From positions 64,001 through 128,000 of the IMG/VR virus record IMGVR_UViG_3300035698_019437: DNA of 64,000 nucleotides; one strand, 5' to 3'. Of this stretch, positions 11,901-22,800 are shown in pieces (the first letter of the stretch is position 1; every line of letters begins with the position of its first letter). The notes under the pieces were generated by a model. That model made no database searches and was not told the origin of the DNA. It saw nothing but the letters and a program-made list of their open reading frames with translations. The position numbers and the translations under genes are program-made. The stretch comes from a virus.

Positions 11901-14862
11901 TACCCCTACAGGAGATGTATATATACTGATTGCGGCGACAAGTTGGGGAATTTTATCTAGTCTTGATAACGGAACAAACTGGGTTGTTTCTTTTATAGGA
12001 GATGGCCCGATCCATGCTTTATATTTTGCTCCTGTATCTAGTAGATACTATGCTCTAGGTAACGATACTGTATATTTGAGTTATAACGGCATTACATGGG
12101 TAAGGACCAACAAAATTGAGAACGTATCAGCAGTTAGAGATATAGTTGAAGACTCGTCTCAAAATATATTTATCAGTACGAATTTGGGAGTCTATATACT
12201 AGAACCTGGAGACGTGGGAGATTATCTGGATTGGCAGCAGACAAGATTGATCGGTGCGACAACTTCGGACTGTTATGGACTTTGGTTAGATTCAGTTGGG
12301 AGTAGACTTGTAGTAAGTACGGAAATTGGATTGTTTGAAACTAATAATAATGGCATAACGTGGTCTTATACATCGGAGTTTGATGAAGAACAACCTATAT
12401 ATCAGTTCACAGAAGATAGCGGCTTTTTGTTTGCTTTGACGGACGGAGAAATCTGGAGAAAAGTCGCAGCTAATAATTCAGATAATCTATTAAAAGTTGG
12501 AGACCTGAATTCAGATGTATCCAGAAAATTTGTGATTTATGACAGTCATCTTATTATTAACAGCAATGACGGTATAAGAGTTTCCAGAAATAATATACAC
12601 AGTAGTAACGATGTCCAATTTGACGAAGATGCCAGCGATATACGATTTGCTGCTCGTAAGACAGAAGTTACATCCATAGACGTTGTTAATTCTATATTAT
12701 ATATAGGTTCTGACGAACACTTATTCAGTGGAACAGACATAGATGATATGTCTATTTTATATGAAAATCTCAACGGAAAGACTCCTACGGTTTACGTTAA
12801 TGGAGAAAGACAGGTGCTGGGATTCGTATATGATACTACTAATAACGTTATTTCATTCAGCAGATTGATAGATGAAGATGCAGAAGTATTGGTAGCTAAC
12901 CAGTATCAGCTTTATCGAGCTAAAAATGGCGGCTGGATTGATCAAAAATATATTGAATCTGTTAGCGTCCTGCAAAATAAGATACAGATTACTTCCGTAA
13001 CCGGCGCAACTAGTGGTCAGTTGGTTTCATCCTTCACGGAAGTTGTATTTCCTACGTTCGATGAAACAAATTCAAATAGCGAAACCGCTACTCCTTTGAG
13101 TCAAGAATATTTGGCAGAGGTACAAAGATTTCAAGATATAATCGCGGGTACAGAAATACTTGATGATGACGAAACATTGCAAGATGTAGCATCTAATATA
13201 GTTGGTCTATATAATGAAACGTATTCCCAGTTTTTAGGGCAAATTCGTTTTATATCTCTGATCGAGTATGATGATAATGATTATACTTTAGTAGGATTTG
13301 AGAGAGTATTGTCTACTTTAGATGATACGTTGTTATCTGATTATACTTTGGTAGATCATATTCCCAGCGTAGAGATAATACAGGAAGATGTTGTTCAATT
13401 GAACATTGTTGACGGTACTACACTGTTTACCAGCACTTTTGATAAATATGATGATTTAGCCATAAGTATAACAGGAACAACATTTAATGTTGATATGGTT
13501 TATTCTCATCAGGAAATAGATGATAACATAGAACATATAAATTCAGGTTTACCAGCGTCTGGTTTGGCTATAGCCTCTGACTCTAATCTTGTAAAGACTG
13601 GGTTGTTCTTCGAAAAGACATGGCCTGTCGCTCAGGAATCTGATAAAGATGAATGTTGTGGTAATGTGAAGCTATATCCTCCTTTGCAAACTAGTTACAT
13701 TATCCCTCGTGACAAGGCATGGTATGATACATTAAATTCTACGATTGACTATACAGAACATGTAGATTGTGGAGATTTGGGACTTTCTGTTAATTATCCC
13801 AATGCAGTTTTGTATATTCCAGAAGTTAGCAAGGTTTTCGTTGGTTCAGAATCTGGACTTATTTCAGTAAGTACAGTAAATTATGAACTATCTGTTGAAG
13901 CGTTTAGCACATGGAGCTACGAAGAACCTGTTCGTGATATAGTAAGATCAGGAGATGTGATTTATCTTCTTACTAAAGATAGATTGTATTCAAGTACAGA
14001 CTTTGGTGTAACGTGGGAAAAACAAAATATGAATAATTTGTCTCGCGATTTCTTAGCTTTTGCCATAGTCAGAAATACCAAAGTTATAGCTGCAAAAGAT
14101 GGAGTATATTATCTAAATAATAGTGTAGACGAATGGACTAAGGTATTCAAGTTTGGAGCAGATGGAGAATTACCAGCAGATTTTAATCAAGATGGTAAAG
14201 TAGATGTTTATGATTTGGCTGTTATTTCTAATAATTGGCTTGGAACCGATAAAACATTTTCTCAAGGAGACGCGAATGGAGATGGAGTTGTCAATCAATT
14301 AGATTTAAATATACTGAATGCATATTATGGTAGAGCAGACGCTTTTCTTTCTAATAAAGAAACGTCATCAGTAATCTTCTTCAACTCAAATAACTTGTTC
14401 ATGATAGTAAACAATGAATTGTATTATTCGGTTGACGGTATTCATTGGTCTTATGCAGGAAGTTTTGGAACAGTAGTTGTCGGTGATATAATCAGATATA
14501 GAAATAATATGGTTTTGGCTACGGTAAGCGGATTAAGATATGATGGAGGTTCATTTTTCAGCAGTTCCGTAGTTACATCGGTTGTAGATTTGCTAAATGA
14601 TTTAACCCAATCTTCATCAATGGAGTTTAATGCAGTAGCTGTGAGTGGAGATGGGACTGAGTTTGTTTCTGGCATGGCAAATGGAACTATCTATTTATTC
14701 GATAATGGTAGCTATATTCCTAAAGATTTATGCGTAACAGGTATGTCTACAATTCATAAGATAATTTATGTTGGTGATGAATTTTGGGCATTTGGACACG
14801 ATAAACTAAGGGTATCTTCTCTTGTTTATCCGATTACACTTAAGACGGGTGTACCTTTTTAA
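8959..14862 (+). CDS. Giant adhesin/tail-fibre-like protein: FN3 array, Asp-box beta-propellers, dockerin-type domain
   Basis: Multiple FN3 signatures (PTGL..ITIAW..YSYRIIAVD; YYYFVTAV); Asp-boxes SLDNGTNW, STDFGVTW, SVDGIHW; dockerin DFNQDGKVD..GDANGDGVVN at 14170-14331. Confidence 0.7.
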   Translation: MPISTKKYGLIAFTDGDVYSAASDKERFVIIDNQLASLADLITDGVIDGWSVVDNSTTSTLSVKVTSGLGLIDRNITRTFQSFYVDITDNTTLYVYMQRKRDYIASFSPFSERASVIYVDATPPDMPTGLHAARTIYSSITIAWNNNIEPDLSYYSIEKSIDGVVFAEVSQETDPIYIDTDVSDNTTYSYRIIAVDNSGNNSVTSAVVTITTPVDTTSPVNPSFLLVFVGDGQLELVWETPKIGSVSYYEARVQKLDEQHQETGSISVYTADSIATNLFMLGLDNETSYKVEFYVVNPNGVKSPGLVKIATPVSNIGPQEISDLTIYDLQSSVSENGVLLNISFIPGIDPYRTFADVFIITLIENGITTSDEIIITNSNALEISLFNVDGLISPILPRTDYIIKVQGRDSDGNVNNGVVGRIETRNFVSPASPSNLNVVSYFDNGIHFSWTNSVDIFNHNTITVIKQNTSTGAQTVLENSTNIGKAASYVITKENIEGNFTYSIQLYAVDEYENRSSTVSKSLIVEAFEAPDIPLEQFALSGVGSVFLGWEPRNDQPTEYYKIWRSDYDERSVTASDFSLIDTIPGSLTSYTDYTAELESRYYYFVTAVSKFGGESLNPIDDEFYYYDMIYAFGGYSHTTIQPGGMAATNSGVADDFDISLSWDAPDNAEAFDGYEIYRSDGNTYAWEKVDSVDRYETSYTDIDAAIDSQTYYYMVRQFRDEARLFVSTSPSAPVDSVVLAKVTTTLGLVTVDSSVSNQLAQWRDPLLDYINEKTDEHQHIFTTEKDRRIDLRENVVITEWTTLDNKKYGTVQDLTGATSYVVKVDGSLPNMMYEVDDLLGTVIFERATESDNISVELVGVNETQNTLPKEKVSQVFGEQVKGDAFAVEQIPILDHLGRTVEELVPVQLRMQTSDGFRFTIAQNNFSDVDETVGTSVTFYQVMQAIVPNQVELCWEDLIFPEWDDLLFNEWSKFPFDCSSSTPTGDVYILIAATSWGILSSLDNGTNWVVSFIGDGPIHALYFAPVSSRYYALGNDTVYLSYNGITWVRTNKIENVSAVRDIVEDSSQNIFISTNLGVYILEPGDVGDYLDWQQTRLIGATTSDCYGLWLDSVGSRLVVSTEIGLFETNNNGITWSYTSEFDEEQPIYQFTEDSGFLFALTDGEIWRKVAANNSDNLLKVGDLNSDVSRKFVIYDSHLIINSNDGIRVSRNNIHSSNDVQFDEDASDIRFAARKTEVTSIDVVNSILYIGSDEHLFSGTDIDDMSILYENLNGKTPTVYVNGERQVLGFVYDTTNNVISFSRLIDEDAEVLVANQYQLYRAKNGGWIDQKYIESVSVLQNKIQITSVTGATSGQLVSSFTEVVFPTFDETNSNSETATPLSQEYLAEVQRFQDIIAGTEILDDDETLQDVASNIVGLYNETYSQFLGQIRFISLIEYDDNDYTLVGFERVLSTLDDTLLSDYTLVDHIPSVEIIQEDVVQLNIVDGTTLFTSTFDKYDDLAISITGTTFNVDMVYSHQEIDDNIEHINSGLPASGLAIASDSNLVKTGLFFEKTWPVAQESDKDECCGNVKLYPPLQTSYIIPRDKAWYDTLNSTIDYTEHVDCGDLGLSVNYPNAVLYIPEVSKVFVGSESGLISVSTVNYELSVEAFSTWSYEEPVRDIVRSGDVIYLLTKDRLYSSTDFGVTWEKQNMNNLSRDFLAFAIVRNTKVIAAKDGVYYLNNSVDEWTKVFKFGADGELPADFNQDGKVDVYDLAVISNNWLGTDKTFSQGDANGDGVVNQLDLNILNAYYGRADAFLSNKETSSVIFFNSNNLFMIVNNELYYSVDGIHWSYAGSFGTVVVGDIIRYRNNMVLATVSGLRYDGGSFFSSSVVTSVVDLLNDLTQSSSMEFNAVAVSGDGTEFVSGMANGTIYLFDNGSYIPKDLCVTGMSTIHKIIYVGDEFWAFGHDKLRVSSLVYPITLKTGVPF

Positions 14863-14874
14863 TGGGAGTTTGAA

Positions 14875-15867
14875 ATGGCAAACATTTATGTAGATGGGGA
14901 GCTAACGACTGGTACCAATAACGGTGGTTCTTGGGCTAACGCATATCAAGGGAATGTTGGATTACAAGCAGCATGCGATGCTGCTGTGGCAGCAGATATA
15001 TTAAATTTGGCTAGAACATTTACTTTGGCGGCTCTTATAGATATAGACCAAACATCGGGTACACAGCTTAGCCCCATACGAGTAATAGGCTATAATTATA
15101 ATTCAGGTTCTCCTATTGTAGATGGCACGTTTTCTACTTTAGACGGAAACAGTGCTGTTAATAATTGTATATTAGCTAACAATATAGATAATTGGATTTT
15201 TGAAAACATCGAATTCAAATACGCTAAAGACGATAATGCAGGAGTAACTGGAGCGGCTTGCAAGCACTGGTCTTTTATAAATTGTCATTCTCATCACGCT
15301 TTAGGTACTCAGTTAAATACTGGTGATGGGTGGGGAGGGTCTGGTACTACAGCTTTTGATAATGTTGCATACGTTTTATGCCAAGCATATTCCAATGCTC
15401 AGCATGGTTTTTTGGGTTATCATGCCGCGATGTTTGGTTGTACTTCACACGATAATATTGATGATGGATATTCTGCGACATACTCTATGTTTAATAATTG
15501 TATAGCTTATAGCAACGGAGATCACGGTTTTAAGTTGAGTGGAAACGAAAATCTTTTGGTTAATTGTGTATCGGATGGTAATGCAGACACTGGTGTATAT
15601 GTAGATGATGGTCCTTCTGTGTTGGCGGGTTGTAGGATAACAAACAATACTTGGGGTATAAGAGGCGATGCTTCAGCTACCGTCTTAGACTTCTATAATT
15701 TCCTTCAAGGCAATACTGTTCCTACTATTAATTGTACTGTTATTTCCACTATTAAAGGGCAAAATACTCGTACAACGACGGGTGATGAGGGATATATAAA
15801 TCGTGCTGCCGGTAATTTTGGATTGTTAGATACTGCTGCGGCTCGTCGGATGGAGGTACAGTTGTAA
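14875..15867 (+). CDS. Right-handed parallel beta-helix (pectin lyase-like) protein, possible tailspike/depolymerase
   Basis: YVDG..G.NNGGSWANAY N-terminal motif; repeated NC.A..N..(D/H)G(F/Y) rungs; GGGAG RBS. Confidence 0.7.
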   Translation: MANIYVDGELTTGTNNGGSWANAYQGNVGLQAACDAAVAADILNLARTFTLAALIDIDQTSGTQLSPIRVIGYNYNSGSPIVDGTFSTLDGNSAVNNCILANNIDNWIFENIEFKYAKDDNAGVTGAACKHWSFINCHSHHALGTQLNTGDGWGGSGTTAFDNVAYVLCQAYSNAQHGFLGYHAAMFGCTSHDNIDDGYSATYSMFNNCIAYSNGDHGFKLSGNENLLVNCVSDGNADTGVYVDDGPSVLAGCRITNNTWGIRGDASATVLDFYNFLQGNTVPTINCTVISTIKGQNTRTTTGDEGYINRAAGNFGLLDTAAARRMEVQL

Positions 15868-16817
15868 TGTCTTATATGCATATATCTGCTGGTCTATTTC
15901 CACCTGATATATTTACTGATAATAACTCTATTTATGTTACGGCTGGTTTATCACCTAGTGATGTATCTTATGAGATAGCAACTAGCAATATAAAATTAGC
16001 TCAAATATTCTATGTCTATAATCAGTTTGTACCGTCAAAAGCTTCTTTGTATCTAAAAACCGTATCTGGTTATAGCATTCCATATTTTGATGTTTCTAGA
16101 CCAGTAACAATAGATGCTTTAAATTTTTCTCAATTAACTCAAAGAACTAACAAAAACATTGTTTATACCGATTATGGAGATTTTTCTGGTAAAGGAAGTA
16201 TATATGTTCTTGAACTTGATGCTCTAAGTCCCTATGCATCGTTATATTATCCCATAAAAGCCGATGACGATGGTGACGTTAATATTTATCTTAGAGGAAG
16301 AACCTCTACTGGAAGGTTTGTAGCTGATTTATATCTCGATTCTGTTCTAATAGCTTCTGTTGATCAACCTGGACCTGTTGGAGGTTGGGGTTGGTTCGGG
16401 CAGACTTTTACTTTAGATGACGATTCCATTCATATTTTAGAAATACGAATGATAGAAGATGGTAATGCTCTAGATAGATTTTGTATTAGTCAAACCGCGA
16501 TAGTACCAGATGATGTTAATGATTATCAAAATGCATATATCACTGTGCATATGCAAATACATTCGGTAGGGTCAGGAAGTGTTCCTGCTACTCCATTATA
16601 CATATATGACTATAAGACTACTTTGGGAGAGGTAAGAAATTCCGATTGGTATAACTTTAGTTTAAGTTTTTTGGATTCTTCGTTATCGATATTATGGGAT
16701 GATGTATATGCCATTGTTTTATTCAGTTCCGGGGGGAGTGCAACTAACTATTTAATCTGGGAATTAACAGATAATGACGATCCGTACATATGTGGACCAT
16801 CTGCTATAAAAATATAA
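15867..16817 (+). CDS. Putative carbohydrate-binding (jelly-roll/CBM-like) virion protein
   Basis: GGWGWF and HILEIRMIEDGNALDRFCI resemble the CBM6/35-like C-terminal strand motif. Confidence 0.5.
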   Translation: MSYMHISAGLFPPDIFTDNNSIYVTAGLSPSDVSYEIATSNIKLAQIFYVYNQFVPSKASLYLKTVSGYSIPYFDVSRPVTIDALNFSQLTQRTNKNIVYTDYGDFSGKGSIYVLELDALSPYASLYYPIKADDDGDVNIYLRGRTSTGRFVADLYLDSVLIASVDQPGPVGGWGWFGQTFTLDDDSIHILEIRMIEDGNALDRFCISQTAIVPDDVNDYQNAYITVHMQIHSVGSGSVPATPLYIYDYKTTLGEVRNSDWYNFSLSFLDSSLSILWDDVYAIVLFSSGGSATNYLIWELTDNDDPYICGPSAIKI

Positions 16818-16892
16818 CATAGAGGGATTCTGAATGTTAGATAGAAATATGATTATCAAACCTTTCATTACCCTCATGGAGTTGTTTATCAA

Positions 16893-19800
16893 ATGAGTTT
16901 TACTACATATTGGTATAATTTGTGCATCAGTCAATGGGAAACCCTTACATGGGAAGAGTGGAACCTGATGCAGTTTGTACAAAATATTTCAACAATTAGT
17001 ACAATATCAGACCCTCCTACTTATTATTACTATTATTTGTATAATTTACAGCACGGCGATCTTACTAGTGATAAGTGGTATTTGATTGACAGCAAGAAAC
17101 ACGCATATAAGATATATTCTGATTTTGATTCCCTAGATGAAGATAATGAAAGAATTTTAACGCGATCTGGAACTCAGCAGACGGAAGAAATAAATGTATT
17201 TAGCGACAAAAGCATACAACTTATAAATACGAGAATAATTGCTGATTCGATTGGTGGAGAAGATATAGAGCTTAGATTACCGAATAAACTAATCGGAATG
17301 GTATTCGATAAAAGCGGTAGTGTATTATGGAATGATGCAGACGAATTAAGATATACTTTAGCCAAAAGGCTGATTAATCGCTTGTCTGCCACGTATCCCG
17401 GAACTTTAGAATATAGCATATTTAAGTACGGTGGACAGCCTCTATCTTTGTTGTTTACAGGGTATATAGAAGAGGAAAATCCGTTTGATAATCTTCCAGA
17501 GTCAGAACCATGCTGGCCACAAGACCCATTCGTTGATGCGGTTAACAATTTTTCTGGATTCCGAATTCTTAGAAAAGAAGGTAGTCCACCAGCAAGTCCT
17601 ATAGATGGAGAGATTATTTTTGATGGAATAGTAAATAAGATACTAGATGTTGGATTAACTGATGGGACGACATATTACTACAAAGTCTTTACGTTTGATG
17701 AAAATTATTTATTCAGCGATGGAGTTGTTGTAAAGGTTGTTCCTAAAAGAGCAATTGTTCCAGATGGAATACCTATTTTTGAAAGTGAAGTCCTAAAAGG
17801 TACCGGCATTGTAGTAGATGAATATGTTTCAAGCGTATGGCATTTAGATGAAGAACAAGAACAGACTGTATATGATTTCAATGCTCGTACAGATTTGACA
17901 ATAACTGATGCAGAACCTAGATGGTTAAATAGTTTAGATGTTCCTGTAGGAATCGCTGGTTTAAGATTTGACGGCATAGCTACTGCTGCGTCTAGTACAA
18001 ATTCACAGGATTTAGCTCTTTCATCGAGTTCTCAATTCACATTTATGGCATGGGTCAATCCTTACACTATGTTGAATGATGAGGTTATTCTTTCTAGATG
18101 TGAAGATGTGATGGTAGCACCTAGACTTAATTATATATTCTTTATTAATGGGGCAAATGGTAGACTTGGGTTACAAACAAGCTATGCTGTGGGCGATGTG
18201 GTTTATTCGAATGCTAATGTATTGTCGGAAAACCAGTGGAATCACGTTGCTTGTACTATAGATGAATCAACTGGCGCGGTTATCTTTTACGTCAATGGAA
18301 CACCAGCCGGTGCTGTTACTCTGGGTACAAATACTGTGGATACAGGAGATTTACAGTTTTTTATTGGGTACTCATCTTTAGTGGCACACGAAAGGTTCTT
18401 TGGAGAAATAACCGAAGTAAGCGTACATAATACTATAAGAGATTTAATATACATAAATCGTTATGCTACTATTTCAAGTAGAACTGATCAAGATAACGGC
18501 GATAGGTTAGTAGTCCTTAAATATACTGTATATGATGATTTCAACTTTTCTGGCGGAAGAGTTCGAATAGTTCAGAAAGATTTGAGTTTACCTTCTAATG
18601 AGTTAGACGGAAGCGTTATATATGATGTTGCAGCAGTAGCGGGAAATTATTATACGACTTACAGAGATAATCTACTGTTAGGTTCTACTGAATACTTCCG
18701 CATATTCTCTTCTAACGTTATAGGGAACTATAGTGATATACGAGATTCAACGTCTATAGAAACGGTTATTACAGATATGAGTGATGAAGCTAAAGAACAC
18801 ATCACTTCTTTGGTTTCTCCATACGATGTTCCAAACAATATTACAGTGTTGCCAGGCAATAGAAAGATTTATGTTAATTGGGATAATACTATATGGAATA
18901 CTAATATAGTTAGAATGAGATTATATTCTTCCCCTGATTCTTTTCCTGTAGTAGACGATATGGGTAGCGATGGAGAACTTATATTCGAAGGCATCATTTA
19001 CAGTGATACCGGTTATGTAGACAGGGGTTTGATTAATGGAAGCAGTTATTATTATACGCTAGTGGGTATAGATAGATATAATCGAGTTTCTGTAGCAGCT
19101 AATTCATCATCTACGCCATCTATATCTGCAAATGAAGTTGGGATACCGCTTCTAGAGGTTGAGTCTTTAAGCTACGAACTAGTTGATGCTAATAGTATAA
19201 ATTTGTTTTGGAATAATCCTATAACGAGTAGAACTGTAACTGCATACTTTGCACAGGATTTAGTATTTTATTCTTCTATACGAGATGAATACGGAGACAC
19301 GGTAACAACTGATTTTGATGTGTCTATAGAAACAGATGCATCTTATGAGTTATACGAAGATGCTGCTGAAAACATATTTGTAGGTGAAACTGAGGTTAAT
19401 AGTCCGGATGTAGAAGATTTATATCAGTTTATACTGTCTGATCCTATTGATGAAACGGTTAAGGCAACATTCCAAACTGCTGACGATACTTCTTTATTCG
19501 AAAATATTAAGAGTTTAAGGATAGAACTTAAATTACAGATTTCTTTACCTAATCAAGGTGGTACAGGAGAAGTTTTTGAATATAGTTCTTTGCCAGTTGT
19601 GATTGAATGGCAAAATCCGATAGAGTTTGATATTATAAATAGAGACTCTAAGCATGTTATAGAATCGTGTAAAAAGACTATAAACGTTTTAGATAATCAG
19701 GTTGTAGAATCCAAAAAACAGTACGATGGTATTTATGTAGGAGCTAGCGAGCCTTATGTTGCTAAGCTTTCTGCTACGTACAGAGGAAGCAGCTTAGTCG

Positions 19801-22800
19801 GTTATTTGACTTCTACAGTAGGGGTTTTTGATTCAACAGTAGATTTGTGTTCTGGAATATTACCAGTTACAGGAGATCAAAGTACAACTGTTAGTTTTTC
19901 TGATATAAACCAAACTTCTGAAGATGAATTTACTTTAAGGAATATAGAGCAAGAGGTTTTGAATGAAGATGGTAATCCTTCTGATGTAGATGAAGGTGTA
20001 TTAATTGCAAATGTCGATATGTTTTCTCCTGATTTACCAGAAAATACGATGCTGTATGTTTCAATCAATCATGGTGGGTTTGTTGTCGTTAAAAAAATCC
20101 AAATCATTTTTGGCAATCCCCTTAAAATAGAGATATCTCCAAGAACTTTAATACCAGATGGCATAGACAGAGCAGAACAGTCTGCTTTAGTATATACCGT
20201 AGACCCAGATGACCCAGAAAATATAAACAGCAGAACTACTCCAACGGATAATACTGTTGTTAGATGGTCGTTGGATGCAAAATCAGAGCAAGCTATTCAA
20301 AGATCATTCTACTCAGAAGATTTGGTTCCTATCTATGATGGTGTGTATTCATATACTACGGATGGAGTGGCAAAGAATGTATTCTTTGGACCCGTAACTG
20401 ATGTTAATACTCCTGATTACGATGATGATGGTAATCCTATATTTGAACAATATGAGATTACAGCATCTATAATAAGTGATAATATCGTAGTTACCGATAG
20501 CTATAACTTTGATTTGGTTCCAATAGCATATCTTGGAAAACAAACGGTTTCGTCTTACTTCTTAATGGAATTCCAGAATTTCCAAGAAAAATTCTGGTCT
20601 GATGGAAGTGATTATGTTCGTATGCTTGTTACTAGCGATGCATCTTCGTCTAATACAAAATACTCTAGTTGTTTTCGTGATTGTATGAGCGAAATTGGGA
20701 AAACCATTTATGCTCTACAGCCGGGGCAAAAGGTTAGAATTGATACAGATGATCCAGATGTAGAAATTATTTCTGGAGATGTTGTAGAACATATAGACCC
20801 CTATACGGGACAAAAATGGTTAGATACTTCTAATGCTGTTATATCTACAGGATATGGATATGTAGAAATAGAAAAAGATGGAAGTACATATGTATACTTC
20901 AGATTGAATAAATTTTTAGATGAACAAAGAACTATAGGATTCTCTAGGATCAAGCATAATAGTTGTTCTTGCTTAGGACTTATAAGAGAGGCCAGATACT
21001 TCAAAGAAGTAGTTGTGACCGGATCAATAACATCTGTATTCGATGAAAAGGTTGTAACGCTTCGATCTGGTGGAGATTATGATGATGGCATTCCACCAAC
21101 AATCATGATTCCGAAAGAACCTCTGGAATTGATTGTAGCAGACAAACGAATAGGGAATGTATCTATCGAGACATTCTTGGTTGACGGGGTAAGCGAGAAT
21201 AGCTTTATCACGTATGTATCTTTTGCTGGTTTGCCTGTTCCAGATGGAACTATTATTACTCCGCAAGTTTTAAGTCTATATGATGAGCTTGTTCAAACGC
21301 AAGAAGATTCTATAAACACAAGTCTGTCAATAGACTCTGCCGTAGATTCTGTTGCAAGAAGCTATGCGGAGTTGGCTTTTGAAGCAACTCCACAAGGAAA
21401 AACCTTCTTGTCTCAGGTATATATGTCTGTTTCATATAATAGAGTCGGCAGCGTAGATAGAACGGTTACCAGATGCGTGGAAATTTCGTTTGATGCCGAA
21501 GATGTTAAGAACAGTCCATCTGTTACTGCGATTCCAAGCATATTTAGCGATAGAATTCAAGCTTCTGAAATAGGCGTAGCACCAGCAACGTGGGTTGATT
21601 TGGCGAATATGGCTTATCCTAGAGGCCATCTGTCAGTAGAGGTTATAGGTAATAAAATATATGCCATCGGAGGCATTGATGGTAAAGAAGTTACCAATCG
21701 AGTAGAACAATATGATCCTGCTGCGGATACTTGGGCTACCATGACAACAATGCCAACGGCTAGAATGGGAGCTGTCTCTGCTGTTGAGGGTAACTACATA
21801 TATGTATTTGGTGGAGTAGTATATAATCGTATAGATAATTCTCTAGAAATTTCTCAAGTTGCTGAAAGATATGATACTACAGCAGATAGTTGGGAAACTC
21901 TAGATTCTATGCCTTCTATTATCGCTGGGACTATAGACCCAGTTACTTATGGAAACGCCTACGGCGTGGCACATAGCGACGGTAGTAGGGTCTATGTAAC
22001 TTCTGGTGTAAGGTTTATTACTGAAGACGGTTTAACAATAGACCATAATGATAGGGTCTTCTATTACGATATAGCATCTGATTCGTGGGGATATTCTGAT
22101 ATCATCGCGGAAACTGAGTTAGATAACTACTTAAGAATTGGGCCAGCTAGTTTTTTGGATGGAAACCAGATTGTTGTATTCGGCGGTGCATGGCAAAACA
22201 GTTCACAGCTTCTGTTTATGCTTACAGATGCATACACGTATGATATAACAAACGGAGCTTTAGCAAAATCAGAACAAAGGTTTGATGTAAATGTTGTACC
22301 AAGATATTTCGTTGCTTCTGCATCATCCTCGCCAGAACATTTTGCTTTGGCTGGTATCGGTAATGATTCATTTACTCTTAGAACCTTTGAGCAGATTACA
22401 GATGGTGGACCTGGCGTAAATCCTATATACGATCTGGCAGAATATGATACGACTGTTAAAGCTAGGAACGGAGCAGGCGCAGCTATCATATCTATTGCTG
22501 GTAGCGATTATGTAGCTTTGGTTGGTGGTATGGAGAGCGGCAAAGGTTCTGGCTTTTTAAAAATATCTTCTAACATGTATCCAGATAATATAGAGTTGAA
22601 TGCTCATCAGCACGCCCAATATAGAACAACATTAACGGATGAAGCTGGCGAAGAGCCAGTGAGTAATGTCGGTGTAGCTTCTAAGGGATATGTTCAAGAC
22701 AAAGACAAGTCAGGCGTTTTGCTTCCTATTCTTGAAGATGCTTTGACGAGATATCATGTATTGCTTGCAGACGATTCTGATACATCGAGTGATGGTCAAA

